In this document: positions 1-9,800 of the stretch, piece by piece
Layout: each line of letters opens with the position of its first letter
Position numbering within the stretch: the first letter of the stretch is position 1
Origin: Candidatus Obscuribacteraceae bacterium
GTDB lineage: Bacteria > Cyanobacteriota > Vampirovibrionia > Obscuribacterales > Obscuribacteraceae
Direction: 5' to 3'
DNA length: 64,000 nt
Assembly (NCBI GenBank): GCA_044226015.1
Contig: JBGAHS010000010.1
Coordinates: 32,001 to 96,000 of the forward strand
Notes under the pieces: generated by a model
Databases searched by the model: none
Told to the model about the DNA's origin: nothing
What the model saw: the letters and a program-made list of their open reading frames with translations, nothing else
Program-made: the position numbers and the translations under genes

Positions 1-379
1 ACATAAACACCCACGACCAGGGACGGTAGCAGTCCAAAAGGGTCGATTGGTAGAAGTGAAGCGGTTCCGAGATTGGAGTGGCTTTACATTGACGGTTCCG
101 TTTTCTGGATTGCTTTTGGAATCTCTGAACAGTTCAAGCTGTTCTGTTCGAGACAAGTATTGGAAGGCGGGGGCGAGAACGTTCCCTTACGAAAAGCTGT
201 CAGACCAAGGCTGGATTGACTGATGCCAAGATCCTGATACCAGAGACCCTGATTCAATCGCTTAAGGGTTTGGTAAGGGGATGCAGCGCTCGCAAAGTAA
301 GAGAATTTTGCTGAAATTTACCGCTTTTCTCCGGTGTTCTCTCGTGTGACAGTCTAGTGTGACAGGGCTTACTTCCTAA

Positions 380-1060
380 TTAACTGATGGCTGGTCCGAT
401 TTTATTAGCAGCAGGCTGAGGCTTGCCGCCTTCCTTTCCCTGTTGGCTCGAGTTACCGCTGGCGGCTAGTGCTCGTTCAATTTCATTAGCAGCAGACTGC
501 GGCTTGCCTCCAGCTTTTCCTTCTGAGGTCGAGTTACCGCTGGCGGCTAGTGCCCGTTCGATTTCGTTAGCAGCAGACTGCGGCTTGCCTCCAGCTTTTC
601 CTTCTGAGGTCGAGTTGCCCGAGCTCAGAGGGTTCTCAATTTCCTTTGAGGGTTGAATGTCGTTTTTCCTGTCTTTCTGGGATTTGTCTGCGCCGTTTGT
701 ATTCTTTGAGAGCTCAGTGTGGGAATTTCCAAGTTGGGCATGATGCATTTGGCTGGAGAAGTTTCGCTGATTATCTGTGTTTTGTTCGGCTTCTTTGTCT
801 TTCTTCAATTCCGTATTCTTTTCTGAGCCTGCCTTGGAATCGTTGTCTTTTGATGAATCTGTCAGAGAAAAGTTGTTCCAAGAGTTCAGCAGGTCCTGTG
901 AACTCTGTCTTGAGGACTTTTCCATCTCTCTGACTGCTGTGTTTGAACTTGAATTAGTAAGATCGGCTGCTGAATTTAGGTTCTCCTGAAATTGGGACCT
1001 TTCTGTGTTTTCGTTTGATTCTCTGGGCTGAATATTGTCCTTGTCTGACTCGCCTGGCAT
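380..1060 (-). CDS. Hypothetical low-complexity hydrophilic protein with internal 27-aa (81-bp) repeats
   Basis: 226-aa ORF with ATG start and GGAGGG-like RBS upstream; unit SGNSTSEGKAGGKPQSAANEIERALAA occurs about 2.5-3 times. Confidence 0.65.
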   Translation of the reverse strand: MPGESDKDNIQPRESNENTERSQFQENLNSAADLTNSSSNTAVREMEKSSRQSSQDLLNSWNNFSLTDSSKDNDSKAGSEKNTELKKDKEAEQNTDNQRNFSSQMHHAQLGNSHTELSKNTNGADKSQKDRKNDIQPSKEIENPLSSGNSTSEGKAGGKPQSAANEIERALAASGNSTSEGKAGGKPQSAANEIERALAASGNSSQQGKEGGKPQPAANKIGPAIS

Positions 1061-1128
1061 GAAGAGTACCCTCCTGCTTCCTTAGACAGATCTTATGTTC
1101 TGTGCGTGGCAATTTAGTGATCCAAGGA

Positions 1129-1448
1129 GCGAAGCGATAGCTGTTGGCGAAAATGGATGAGCGGGAAGAAAAACACCGTATCCTCAAGTCTTGAGCTGAA
1201 ACGCGAAGCGATAGCTGTTGGCGAAAATGGATGAGCGGGAAGAAAAACACCGTATCCTCAAGTCTTGAGCTGAAACGCGAAGCGATAGCTGTTGGCGAAA
1301 ATGGATGAGCGGGAAGAAAAACACCGTAGCCTCAAGTCTTGGGCTGAAACGCGAAGCGATAGCTGTTGGCGAAAATGGATGAGCGGGAAGAAAAACACCG
1401 TAGCCTCAAGTCTTGGGCTGAAACGCGAAGCGATAGCTGTTCGCGAAA
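1129..1448 (+). repeat. Tandem array, 74-bp unit, 5 copies of the REP-like core
   Basis: Core GCGAAGCGATAGCTGTT starts at 1129, 1203, 1277, 1351 and 1425 (period 74); spacers near-identical. Confidence 0.95.
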
Positions 1449-1688
1449 TTTTAGAAAGCTGAAAAAATGCCAACAGGGGATTGTTGGCACTATAAAGTAG
1501 GTCCAAACCACCCTAAATTTGCCCCGATAGCCAGCAACACCAGGAGCGCAAACGCTCCGAATAATACGAAAAATGCCGGTTCGCCTTCGCCGAGATTCAT
1601 TCTTGCTACCTTTTGCTGAGCTAGAGTCACGGGTATACTTCAAATATCATCCTATCATTTAAGCAGATTCTCAAGAGATGGTGACGAG

Positions 1689-2732
1689 ATGGATGACGGT
1701 GCATCTCAAGCAGTTAACAATAGCAATCGCAAAAGTTGGCAGGGGCGGTCATTTGAGCCGCATCCGATTTTGCGCAATAGTCACCTGATGACCATAATTC
1801 CGGGATTTTTGCCTCGCAAGAATCTGGCTAACTTTAAGAAGTCCGGTACACCGCGCCTGTTTCGTGTGAACAATGATGCGGAAGTTCTTGGCTATTGCCA
1901 CTTTCAGAAAGATTCTGATAAACCCACTCTGATTGTTTTACACGGACTCGAGGGATCGTCTGAATCAAGTCATGTTTTGGGAATCGGTTACAAGGCATTT
2001 CAAGAGGGATTCAGCGTAGTTCGCTTGAATATGCGTAATTGTGGTGGCACTATGCAGTACTCCACAACACTATATAACGCCGGGATGTGGCACGACCTCC
2101 GTGCCGTAATGAAGAGCCTTCACAAAGAAGATCGAATAGAAAATTTTGCACTTGCAGGTTATTCGCTCGGAGGAAATCTCATTTTGAATGCATGTGCGAG
2201 GCACGATGCCTCATTGAAGTTCAATATAAAGGGTGCTTGTGCCGTTTCGCCAGCGATTGATCTTGCCAACGCAGTTCGAGCAATAGAAAGACCTGAAAAC
2301 AGAATCTACCAGGACTGGTTCTTGAGAACGTTGAAAAGAAAAATTGTGGAGAAGTCAAAACAACATCCCGACATCTATGATCCCTCCGCATTGAAGGATG
2401 TTCTCACGATCCGACAATTTGATGATGTATTCACTGCTCCTCATGGTGGCTATGGAAATGCTGACCGATACTACCGCGAGGCTAGCTCCTATGCGTATCT
2501 CAAACACATCAAAATTCCGACTTTGATAATCAGTGCAGAAGATGATCCTCTTGTGCCTATAGACTGCTTTTCAGAAGTTCAAAATCTTTCGCCGTTTATT
2601 GAACTTCTTATTACGAAATTTGGAGGACATGGTGGATTTTTGCAAAGCCAGGCCGAAACTGATTCTTCGTTTGATCATTTCTGGGCGGAGAACCGGGTTG
2701 TAGCGTTTTTGCGGGAAGTCAGTATAGACTAA
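1689..2732 (+). CDS. YheT-family alpha/beta hydrolase
   Basis: HGLEGSS, RLNMRNCGG, nucleophile GYSLGG, DDPLVP and GGHGGF motifs. Confidence 0.9.
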   Translation: MDDGASQAVNNSNRKSWQGRSFEPHPILRNSHLMTIIPGFLPRKNLANFKKSGTPRLFRVNNDAEVLGYCHFQKDSDKPTLIVLHGLEGSSESSHVLGIGYKAFQEGFSVVRLNMRNCGGTMQYSTTLYNAGMWHDLRAVMKSLHKEDRIENFALAGYSLGGNLILNACARHDASLKFNIKGACAVSPAIDLANAVRAIERPENRIYQDWFLRTLKRKIVEKSKQHPDIYDPSALKDVLTIRQFDDVFTAPHGGYGNADRYYREASSYAYLKHIKIPTLIISAEDDPLVPIDCFSEVQNLSPFIELLITKFGGHGGFLQSQAETDSSFDHFWAENRVVAFLREVSID

Positions 2733-2895
2733 ATATCGTTGCTTTTATATTGCAAAGCGCAGATTCTGCACATTTGAGAAAAATTTGCAGGCACAAATCA
2801 GCAACTTTGCAGTACGATGGTAGCGATTACTAATGTTTTGACGATTGGATTCTGTGGCAAAAATAGGCAAGGATCCTGGATTTAGGAGGACGGTT

Positions 2896-3315
2896 GTGAA
2901 GAGATCAATGTTCGCCACAACACTAGCGATGGTGGCACTAATGGGAGCAGTAGCTCCAGCATTTGCGGCTGATAATGATGGTTTAGAAAAGAGTGTTGGT
3001 GTCGCAGAATGGCCTGTCAGAGTTGCTGGCGTAGGTTGTGGTACCGTCGGTGGTACTCCTATTGCAGCAGTGCGCCAGAGCTTGAAGGCTTACACTGCAT
3101 GGACACCAGCCCTGGCTGATAAAGTCGGTGGAAAAGATTGTGGACCATGCTGCGCTCTTGTTAGCGTTGTTACTCTCCCAGCAGCAATTGCTTGGGGCGG
3201 AGTTACTGGACCATACTATGGAGTGAAAAACGGTTTTAACCACGGATTCAACAATCCGTTCACTCATCAATCATTCTCACTTGACTCTGAGTATGATGGC
3301 GGCGGCGGCAAATAA
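2896..3315 (+). CDS. Exported hypothetical protein
   Basis: AGGAGG RBS before GTG at 2896; signal peptide ending APAFA; Gly-rich hydrophobic segments. Confidence 0.7.
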   Translation: MKRSMFATTLAMVALMGAVAPAFAADNDGLEKSVGVAEWPVRVAGVGCGTVGGTPIAAVRQSLKAYTAWTPALADKVGGKDCGPCCALVSVVTLPAAIAWGGVTGPYYGVKNGFNHGFNNPFTHQSFSLDSEYDGGGGK

Positions 3316-3348
3316 GCCGACACGTCCAATAGACACATCTTGTCAGTT

Positions 3349-3394
3349 TGCCCAACCCCAGCTATCCTAAAAATAGGGGTTGGGCATACTTTTT
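3349..3394 (+). terminator. Rho-independent terminator
   Basis: TGCCCAACCCC / GGGGTTGGGCA 11-bp stem followed by TACTTTTT. Confidence 0.7.
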
Positions 3395-3411
3395 GGTTTG
3401 GTATTGCATAG

Positions 3412-3660
3412 ATGGTTGAAAAAGCGACCGTTGACGATTGGGTTGTCAAAATTCAGAAGACTAGAAGCGGCACAGAACTGCTAAAAATTCTTGAGCAGTT
3501 CCGTAAATTCGATTGGACTGACCAGGAAAGGCAGAAAATTTCGCATACCTACATGAAAATGTTGGATGGAATTCTGAAAGGGTCAGTTACTGAGACCTTG
3601 AAAAAGGCTGAGGCAGCAGTTGCTGCTAACGACGGTCCGGTTTGGTACGAAAAAATGTAG
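3412..3660 (+). CDS. Small hypothetical protein
   Basis: 82-aa ATG ORF with natural helical composition, fills the gap between genes. Confidence 0.65.
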   Translation: MVEKATVDDWVVKIQKTRSGTELLKILEQFRKFDWTDQERQKISHTYMKMLDGILKGSVTETLKKAEAAVAANDGPVWYEKM

Positions 3661-3691
3661 ATGCCTTTAGGCATCATGAATCGATTCGCTA

Positions 3692-5788
3692 TTGCTCGTT
3701 CCGGGAATTTACTTAACAGTGATCGGAAAAGTAATGGCCAATTTCAACTGGAGATTATTCTGGAGAGAGAGCAGTGTGCTTATTTTGCACACGCTTTTGT
3801 CTGGCTTTTATTTGCGCATAGCGCAGGTCTTATACACGTCATACAAACAGCCAATCTTGGCTGTTTGTTTTTTCGTTGTGGCTCTTTGCTTTATTCTGCC
3901 ACTGGGGCTCAATCTACTCGATTTGTGGGCTCGCACCGTGGCATCTGTCCGAGAAGAGAAAATCGCCATTCGAATTCTCGAACTTTCGCTGCTCATCCAC
4001 CGTAAGCTGTTTGGAACGAAAAACGCATACTATTCAGAAAAGCAAGCGATGTTAGCCAGCCTCTATTACGGTGAAAAACGCCTGGACGATGCAGAAAACT
4101 TGTTTGCTGATGCTCTGACTAACTATCGAAAATCGTTTTTCAAATATCCGCTGCTGCATCCGTGTTTTGATGATTATCGAAATATCTTATTGACTAAATC
4201 CGAGTCCGAAGTTGCTGATGCGTTGAATTCATCCGGCACTGCAGGACCTTCCGGAGTGCCTGATAAATCCGATACGTTTGATACAAAATCCGAGTCTACG
4301 CGTGATTCGCTGGGCGAGTCTCGGAGTGGGTCAGAGGGCGAGTCTCGGCGTGACTCCGAAACTTCCTTTTCCAAGGGAAAAACGACCGGTGAAAACAATG
4401 ACTTAATTCTTGAACTGAAAAAGGAGCTTCGAAAAACTAGCATTGGAGCATTAGCACAGCGTTGCGGAATAGCATTGCTTACGATTCCCATCCTCTGCTT
4501 TCTGATAACTGTGCAATCCATGGAAAATACCATCGCAAAAACGAACGCGCGAGGAAAAATCTTTGAGGCGTTGAATGGAGTGAGCTCGCTTGCTGCTCTT
4601 GAAGCTATGGTGCTGGGGAATTATGCTCGCTGTAAGGTTTACAAAGACTATGCGCAAGCGTTTGAGGACAATGCTCAGATTCACGAGATGCTCTGGTGTG
4701 TGCACAAGGCCTTATCAGCTGCCAAACTTTCTTCAAACCGAGATGATTATTTTGATGTGGTGCTTCTGAATCTTTTGGCAAAAGGAGATCTAGCGCAAGG
4801 CAAGCCAGACGAAGCGCTCTCAGCGCTTGAGCAATCTTCCAAGATTTGCATGGATTGGGATCTTGCGCAAAGATCCAGGAACAACTTTGATGCTTCTGTT
4901 GAAAGAGAAAAAACTCTTGACGCATTGGCAGAGCTCAAGAGAAAAAACGGCGATTACGCTGGTTCTGAGAAGCTATTCAAGAAGGTTTTGATGCTACCCG
5001 ATGGACCAATCGATCTGGCGAAGATAGAAGTGAGAATTTTCGATCCGATCGAAGCAATCGATCGATTGCACAAACTTCAGTCAATTGAGGAAAAGCTAGG
5101 GAAGAAAGATGATGCAATTATCTTGCAGAAGAAGGTCTGTGAGGTTTTGGAGAATGGCATCAAAGGCTTGGCAGAGAAACATAAGAATACTGTACTATTC
5201 GATTTCGGCGTTAGAGAGACTGCTCGAGAGCTTGAATCAGCCGCAATTATGCTGGCTGACGCTGGAAGAAACTCAGAATCGGAAGAGTATCGCAAGCGGG
5301 CAGATTCCTTGAGAAGGAGTCGTTCCAACACGTTGAAGCTTGATGCCGCGCAACAGGATTCCATTGTTGAAGCTAGTACCCAGCTCACCAATGATTTGCT
5401 TTCAATCAAGTATAAAGCTGGCGATTGCGAACGTTCTTATAAGACACTTTTAGCGCAAGACCTGAAAACTCCTAGAGCGAAGCACTCGTTTGAGGAGTTG
5501 CCCTGGTATGATGCAAATCTTTTGAAGAACGAAAATCTTCTCAAAGTCGCTGGTTCCAATCGACGAATGGAGGTTGATATTTCTCCAATGAGTATTCGAA
5601 ACAGTCGTGACGCTGCTGGAAACATCGCAGTGGATGTCCAGGGCGTGGTGAAAATCTACAAGGGAAAATCTACGGTTGCGGATGAAAGAAAATTTGGCTT
5701 CGCTTACATAATTAAGACGCCGAAGTCCGGAAATCGAGCGGAAGTAGAAGAGTTTCTCGATAATGGGCTTGATATGCCGATCGAATAG
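3692..5788 (+). CDS. Membrane protein with TPR-like repeats (likely start ATG 3734)
   Basis: N-terminal hydrophobic helices; TPR-like segments such as LASLYYGEKRLDDAENLFADAL and LAELKRKNGDYAGSEKLFKKVL. Confidence 0.75.
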   Translation: MLVPGIYLTVIGKVMANFNWRLFWRESSVLILHTLLSGFYLRIAQVLYTSYKQPILAVCFFVVALCFILPLGLNLLDLWARTVASVREEKIAIRILELSLLIHRKLFGTKNAYYSEKQAMLASLYYGEKRLDDAENLFADALTNYRKSFFKYPLLHPCFDDYRNILLTKSESEVADALNSSGTAGPSGVPDKSDTFDTKSESTRDSLGESRSGSEGESRRDSETSFSKGKTTGENNDLILELKKELRKTSIGALAQRCGIALLTIPILCFLITVQSMENTIAKTNARGKIFEALNGVSSLAALEAMVLGNYARCKVYKDYAQAFEDNAQIHEMLWCVHKALSAAKLSSNRDDYFDVVLLNLLAKGDLAQGKPDEALSALEQSSKICMDWDLAQRSRNNFDASVEREKTLDALAELKRKNGDYAGSEKLFKKVLMLPDGPIDLAKIEVRIFDPIEAIDRLHKLQSIEEKLGKKDDAIILQKKVCEVLENGIKGLAEKHKNTVLFDFGVRETARELESAAIMLADAGRNSESEEYRKRADSLRRSRSNTLKLDAAQQDSIVEASTQLTNDLLSIKYKAGDCERSYKTLLAQDLKTPRAKHSFEELPWYDANLLKNENLLKVAGSNRRMEVDISPMSIRNSRDAAGNIAVDVQGVVKIYKGKSTVADERKFGFAYIIKTPKSGNRAEVEEFLDNGLDMPIE

Positions 5789-6022
5789 TTAGTCGGAATT
5801 CTGCTTGAGTTCGACGTTGGTTTCGCTGATCGTCCCGAGGATAAGTTCAATTAGAGACTGTGCGTCAGGTTCCTGAAAGCGCGTGTCGTTGGAGCAGATT
5901 AGCTTTATAGCTTCAGTTCGCCTACCGGAAAGAAGAAGATGCTTCAGTTTTAGGAAGACGGGATCGACAGAATCAATCTGTGCGAAGTACTCGCTTACGA
6001 ATGAGGAACTGTTAGCAGTCAT
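5789..6022 (-). CDS. Small hypothetical protein
   Basis: 77-aa ATG ORF with GAGG RBS, convergent with the upstream gene. Confidence 0.55.
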   Translation of the reverse strand: MTANSSSFVSEYFAQIDSVDPVFLKLKHLLLSGRRTEAIKLICSNDTRFQEPDAQSLIELILGTISETNVELKQNSD

Positions 6023-6098
6023 AGAAACCTCGAGTTTCTCTTATTATCGCCCATAATTTACGGTTCGGGTTGCTGAGAACAAGCGATTTCTTGGAAAA

Positions 6099-6188
6099 TG
6101 CGAAGCGCTATCGGTTCGCGTTTGAGAAAAATCTTCCTGCTAATCCGAGCGAAGAATGAAAAATGCGAAGCGCTATCGGTTCACGTTT
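6099..6188 (-). repeat. Two reverse-orientation variants of the REP-like core
   Basis: TGCGAAGCGCTATCGGTTC(G/A)CGTTT at 6099 and 6164; reverse complement AAACGCGAACCGATAGCGCTTCGCA. Confidence 0.75.
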
Positions 6189-6344
6189 CTCAGCACGGGT
6201 CGCTTATGGTCTGCGTTTCGGACGCTGTCAATTCCTCGTAGTGAACTGTTGCATCTAGCCTTTCGGGTTCTGCCTCATGATACAATTGACCCATTCTGTA
6301 CTTGGCATCGCATTCACGGCAGCACTTTTGCCGGAGGAGTTAGG

Positions 6345-6836
6345 ATGAAGCGTTTTGCATTGTTCCTTTTAGTCTCTTGTTTGCTGGCGGCTCCTAATTG
6401 CGAAGCACAAATGCTGAAGAAGCTTGGTCAAGAGCTTTTGAATGGCGCCTCTGGCGGTGGCATGCCAGGGATGAATGGGGCCGGAACAGCCGGTCAGCCT
6501 GCTGGGCAGACAAATCTTCCTCCGGGTCAGTACATGATGAGTAACATGAGTACAGGACAGGGTTACTACATTCTTGTTGACGGCAATGGACAGATGTACG
6601 CTTCACTTCCCAATGGAGTCCAAAACCAAGGAATGACCCAGCAGAATGGAATGATGGGTGGCACTACAAGCGGTGGCATCGGCGGCTTGCTACAGAATTT
6701 TACCGGTGGACAAAACAATGGCTACCCTGTTCAACAGCAGCAGCAAGGTGGGGTTGGAGGACTAATGCGCGGATCCCTCGGTAATTTCTTGAAGCAGGAG
6801 CTGACCCCTCAGCAACAAGTTCAACCGCAATTCTAG
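6345..6836 (+). CDS. Exported Gly/Gln-rich hypothetical protein
   Basis: GGAGGAG RBS before ATG 6345; signal peptide MKRFALFLLVSCLLAAPNCEA. The ORF-track extension to 6156 runs into repeat DNA. Confidence 0.75.
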   Translation: MKRFALFLLVSCLLAAPNCEAQMLKKLGQELLNGASGGGMPGMNGAGTAGQPAGQTNLPPGQYMMSNMSTGQGYYILVDGNGQMYASLPNGVQNQGMTQQNGMMGGTTSGGIGGLLQNFTGGQNNGYPVQQQQQGGVGGLMRGSLGNFLKQELTPQQQVQPQF

Positions 6837-6890
6837 AATGCAACTGAAGTCCCAACAGTGCAATCAGCTTAGCACTGAGCTGAGCCACCG

Positions 6891-9800
6891 TTATTTGTCT
6901 TTGATTCCCAACTTTTCCATCGTCATTTTTGTCAGGCTGTAAATGAAGATGAACATCCCTGCAAAAGCAAACCAGTATTTTGTCAGATAGGTCCAGAACA
7001 AGCCGACGATCTCGTTGCTTTCGGTTAGAACTGTGCCAGCGGTATTTACTCCGCTTATTACCGTGGGGTCTGTAGCTGAATCCGGAGCTACTGCTTGCAT
7101 GGATCCAATTGGATTGAATTCCTTGCCTGATTTGAATTCAACACACGGGGTTGATGGCATTTCAGAGTTTCTTTGGGGCAAATTAACCGCTGAGCTAAAT
7201 CCGCGAAATTTGCCCGCTTCAACTGGTGCTATCGCGCAACCTGGTGCAGATTGACCTGCGTCAGATACGCCTGTGCTGAATGCATCGCCGCCAACTGAAC
7301 TGGCTCCACCGGCTCCTGCCGCTCCGCCTCCCGCAGCTACAATGCGATTGCTAGTCATGTCCATCTCTTCCGAGACAGGCATTCTGCTATCGGTTACAAC
7401 TGGCGCCATGTCTTTCATCGCGACTTCCTTCTTATTGAAGGAATCAAACGGGCTTATTGTGCCGTTAGTCGCACCGTCTAATGCGTCTAGCGATGCAGTC
7501 TTTTGTTTTGAAAGTCTAGATTCATCACTCATTGCCTTCCGTCGCGCGCTGATCTGGCGCAGAGCATGCCGCGAACCAAATGAAAGCTTGTCGGATTGCT
7601 CGTTTATTGCAGTTGGACCCGCTGCAGGCATCGGCGCATCAGCTTTGAGGCTTGAAACCTGCCCTTTTGCGGAAAAACTTGAAGAACTCTCAGGTAGCGC
7701 GATGCTATTGACTGCTGCACGACGAGCAACTTTTTCTTCACGAACATAGCTTGGCTCTGGTTGTGATGTTACTGAATTCAGTCTGTTTAGCTGATTTACA
7801 ATCGTGTCGAAACTCTTTGGCTCACCCTTCGCGTCAATATTGTTGTCGCTCATTGATCCGGATAACGATGAACATCCTGTTAAACCGAGACCTGAACCAT
7901 TCGTGAGTACGCCCAGGGTGGAAGCCGCATTTCTTGCCGCTGCAAATGCCCTGTCGTTTTGAATCTGGCTGGATAGATTGAAGAACTGGTGGATTAGATC
8001 ATTGCTTGGTTCCGAGGCTGGACAAGAAAGCCGGTCGAGCTCACTTACTGTATCTGTAAGCACTGCACTTGATACCGCAGTAACAAGATGGTATTTCGCA
8101 GCAAGATTTAGAGCTGCTGCTTCATTGTGATTCTGCAAGTAATTGTTGATCTGCGATACAGCGTACAATTGAGCAAGTTGATACATCTGAGTTTGACTTG
8201 CATTTAGCTGCGGTTTATTGGTTTGACGTGCATTCAGCTCTGTGTTGGTCTGTCTGGAAATTGCACTGTTGTCGATGTGACTAGAAACAGTTCCACCGAG
8301 GAAAGACACGGCTGTCTCATTTGCCGAGTTCCCTCTAGTGCTAAATTGGAACTCTTTTGTTGAGCCTGGTTTTTTCCAGTTCTCAAAAAGTAGGTTGAGA
8401 TCGTTTTCAACCGAGGAAAAACGAGGAACGGTAATAAGTGACGCGCTTGTGACACCATCGAGGAAAGCGTTAGGTCCGCTTGCTACTTGCATGTCAAACA
8501 GTTTCTTTGTGCGAACATCTACGCGATTGGTTGCGCGATTGTATCTTGCAACAGACTGTGAATCGAGATCCAAAATCTGCATACCAAATGGCTGCGGTCC
8601 ATGAAGCCACAAGACGCCGGCACCAGGTTCACATGCACTCAACATTGTGTTCAAGGCAGAATCCGTTTGACCGCCGATGCATTTCTTTTCTGAAAGCTTT
8701 TGAAGAACATTTTGGAATTCAGCTGAGCCTGCTTTGATCCAGCTTGAGTTTAAACTTGATGGACCGCCGTCTTCAACGCACACTACCTGGACGTACAAGT
8801 CCGAAGGTAAGTTCTTTAAGGACGAAACGATTCCTTTAAGATGATCTGCCATAGTATTGGAGAGATCCACCAGAATCATTAGCGAACTGGGCTTGCTGGA
8901 AGGCGCGTCGACAATCTTTTCGAAAATTCTTGGCTCCCTGCCGCTGTGGCTCGGAGTCGCGGACTTTACACCTGGTGCCGGAGCTATCGCTGGCGCGATG
9001 GCTGGAGCCACTGCGATTGTTGGGACGGCTGCTGGCGAGCTGACGACCTCTTCAGGATCGACTTGAATGACTACGCCGCTTGTTGGTCCGTCTGAGATGA
9101 CCCTCGTCGTCCCAACACCTGCTGCTGTGCCGCTCCCCGACGGTGCGGCTGCTTCTCCGATGGAAGGTGGGGATGCTTCTCCGACTGATGTTGGCGAATC
9201 TATGCCTACCGACGGTGGGGATGCCTCTCCGTAGCATGGTGGAGAATCTTCTCCAACCGCCGGTGGGTTAGTTTCTCCTCCCGATGGGGCCACCGCCACG
9301 CCTCCGCTTCCTTCATAACCCGGAGAAGATCCAGCGGACACTCCAGGAACACCATCAGAGATTGAATTATTGGATGCCATCGCCTTCTCTTTGGCAATTT
9401 GCAATCTTCGAGCGTATTCTCCAGTGGCAAAAATGTCAGTCGTCCAGAACTCCTGCTTCTTATCACGGTCGAAAGTGATGATACCATTTCCGGTGGCAAG
9501 AGCAGCAGGCTCTAGATCGCCTGAGAGAATGAACTTGTCTTTTTGTTTTTCATTCTTTAACTGTCCTAGCTGGGCTGTTATCTCGTGATTTGCCTCGACT
9601 TTTAGAGAATATGGTACGTTGATCTGGAAGTTTCGCTCTTCAAATTGAGGCAGAGCCATAGCTCCCTTCATGTCTTTGCGTAGTTCTACTGGTGATACCA
9701 CTCCGAGGTGAAGCTGTAAAGCTTCGCCTGGTGGAACCGGATAACATTGCACCAGCACTGTATCCTTGCCGCACTGGCTTACCAGCAGTGGATTCTGTTT

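Noticed and set aside
1..379. Partial gene at the window start
   Set aside because: Manual translation of the minus-strand frames gave nothing recognisable, and the ORF track has no call there.
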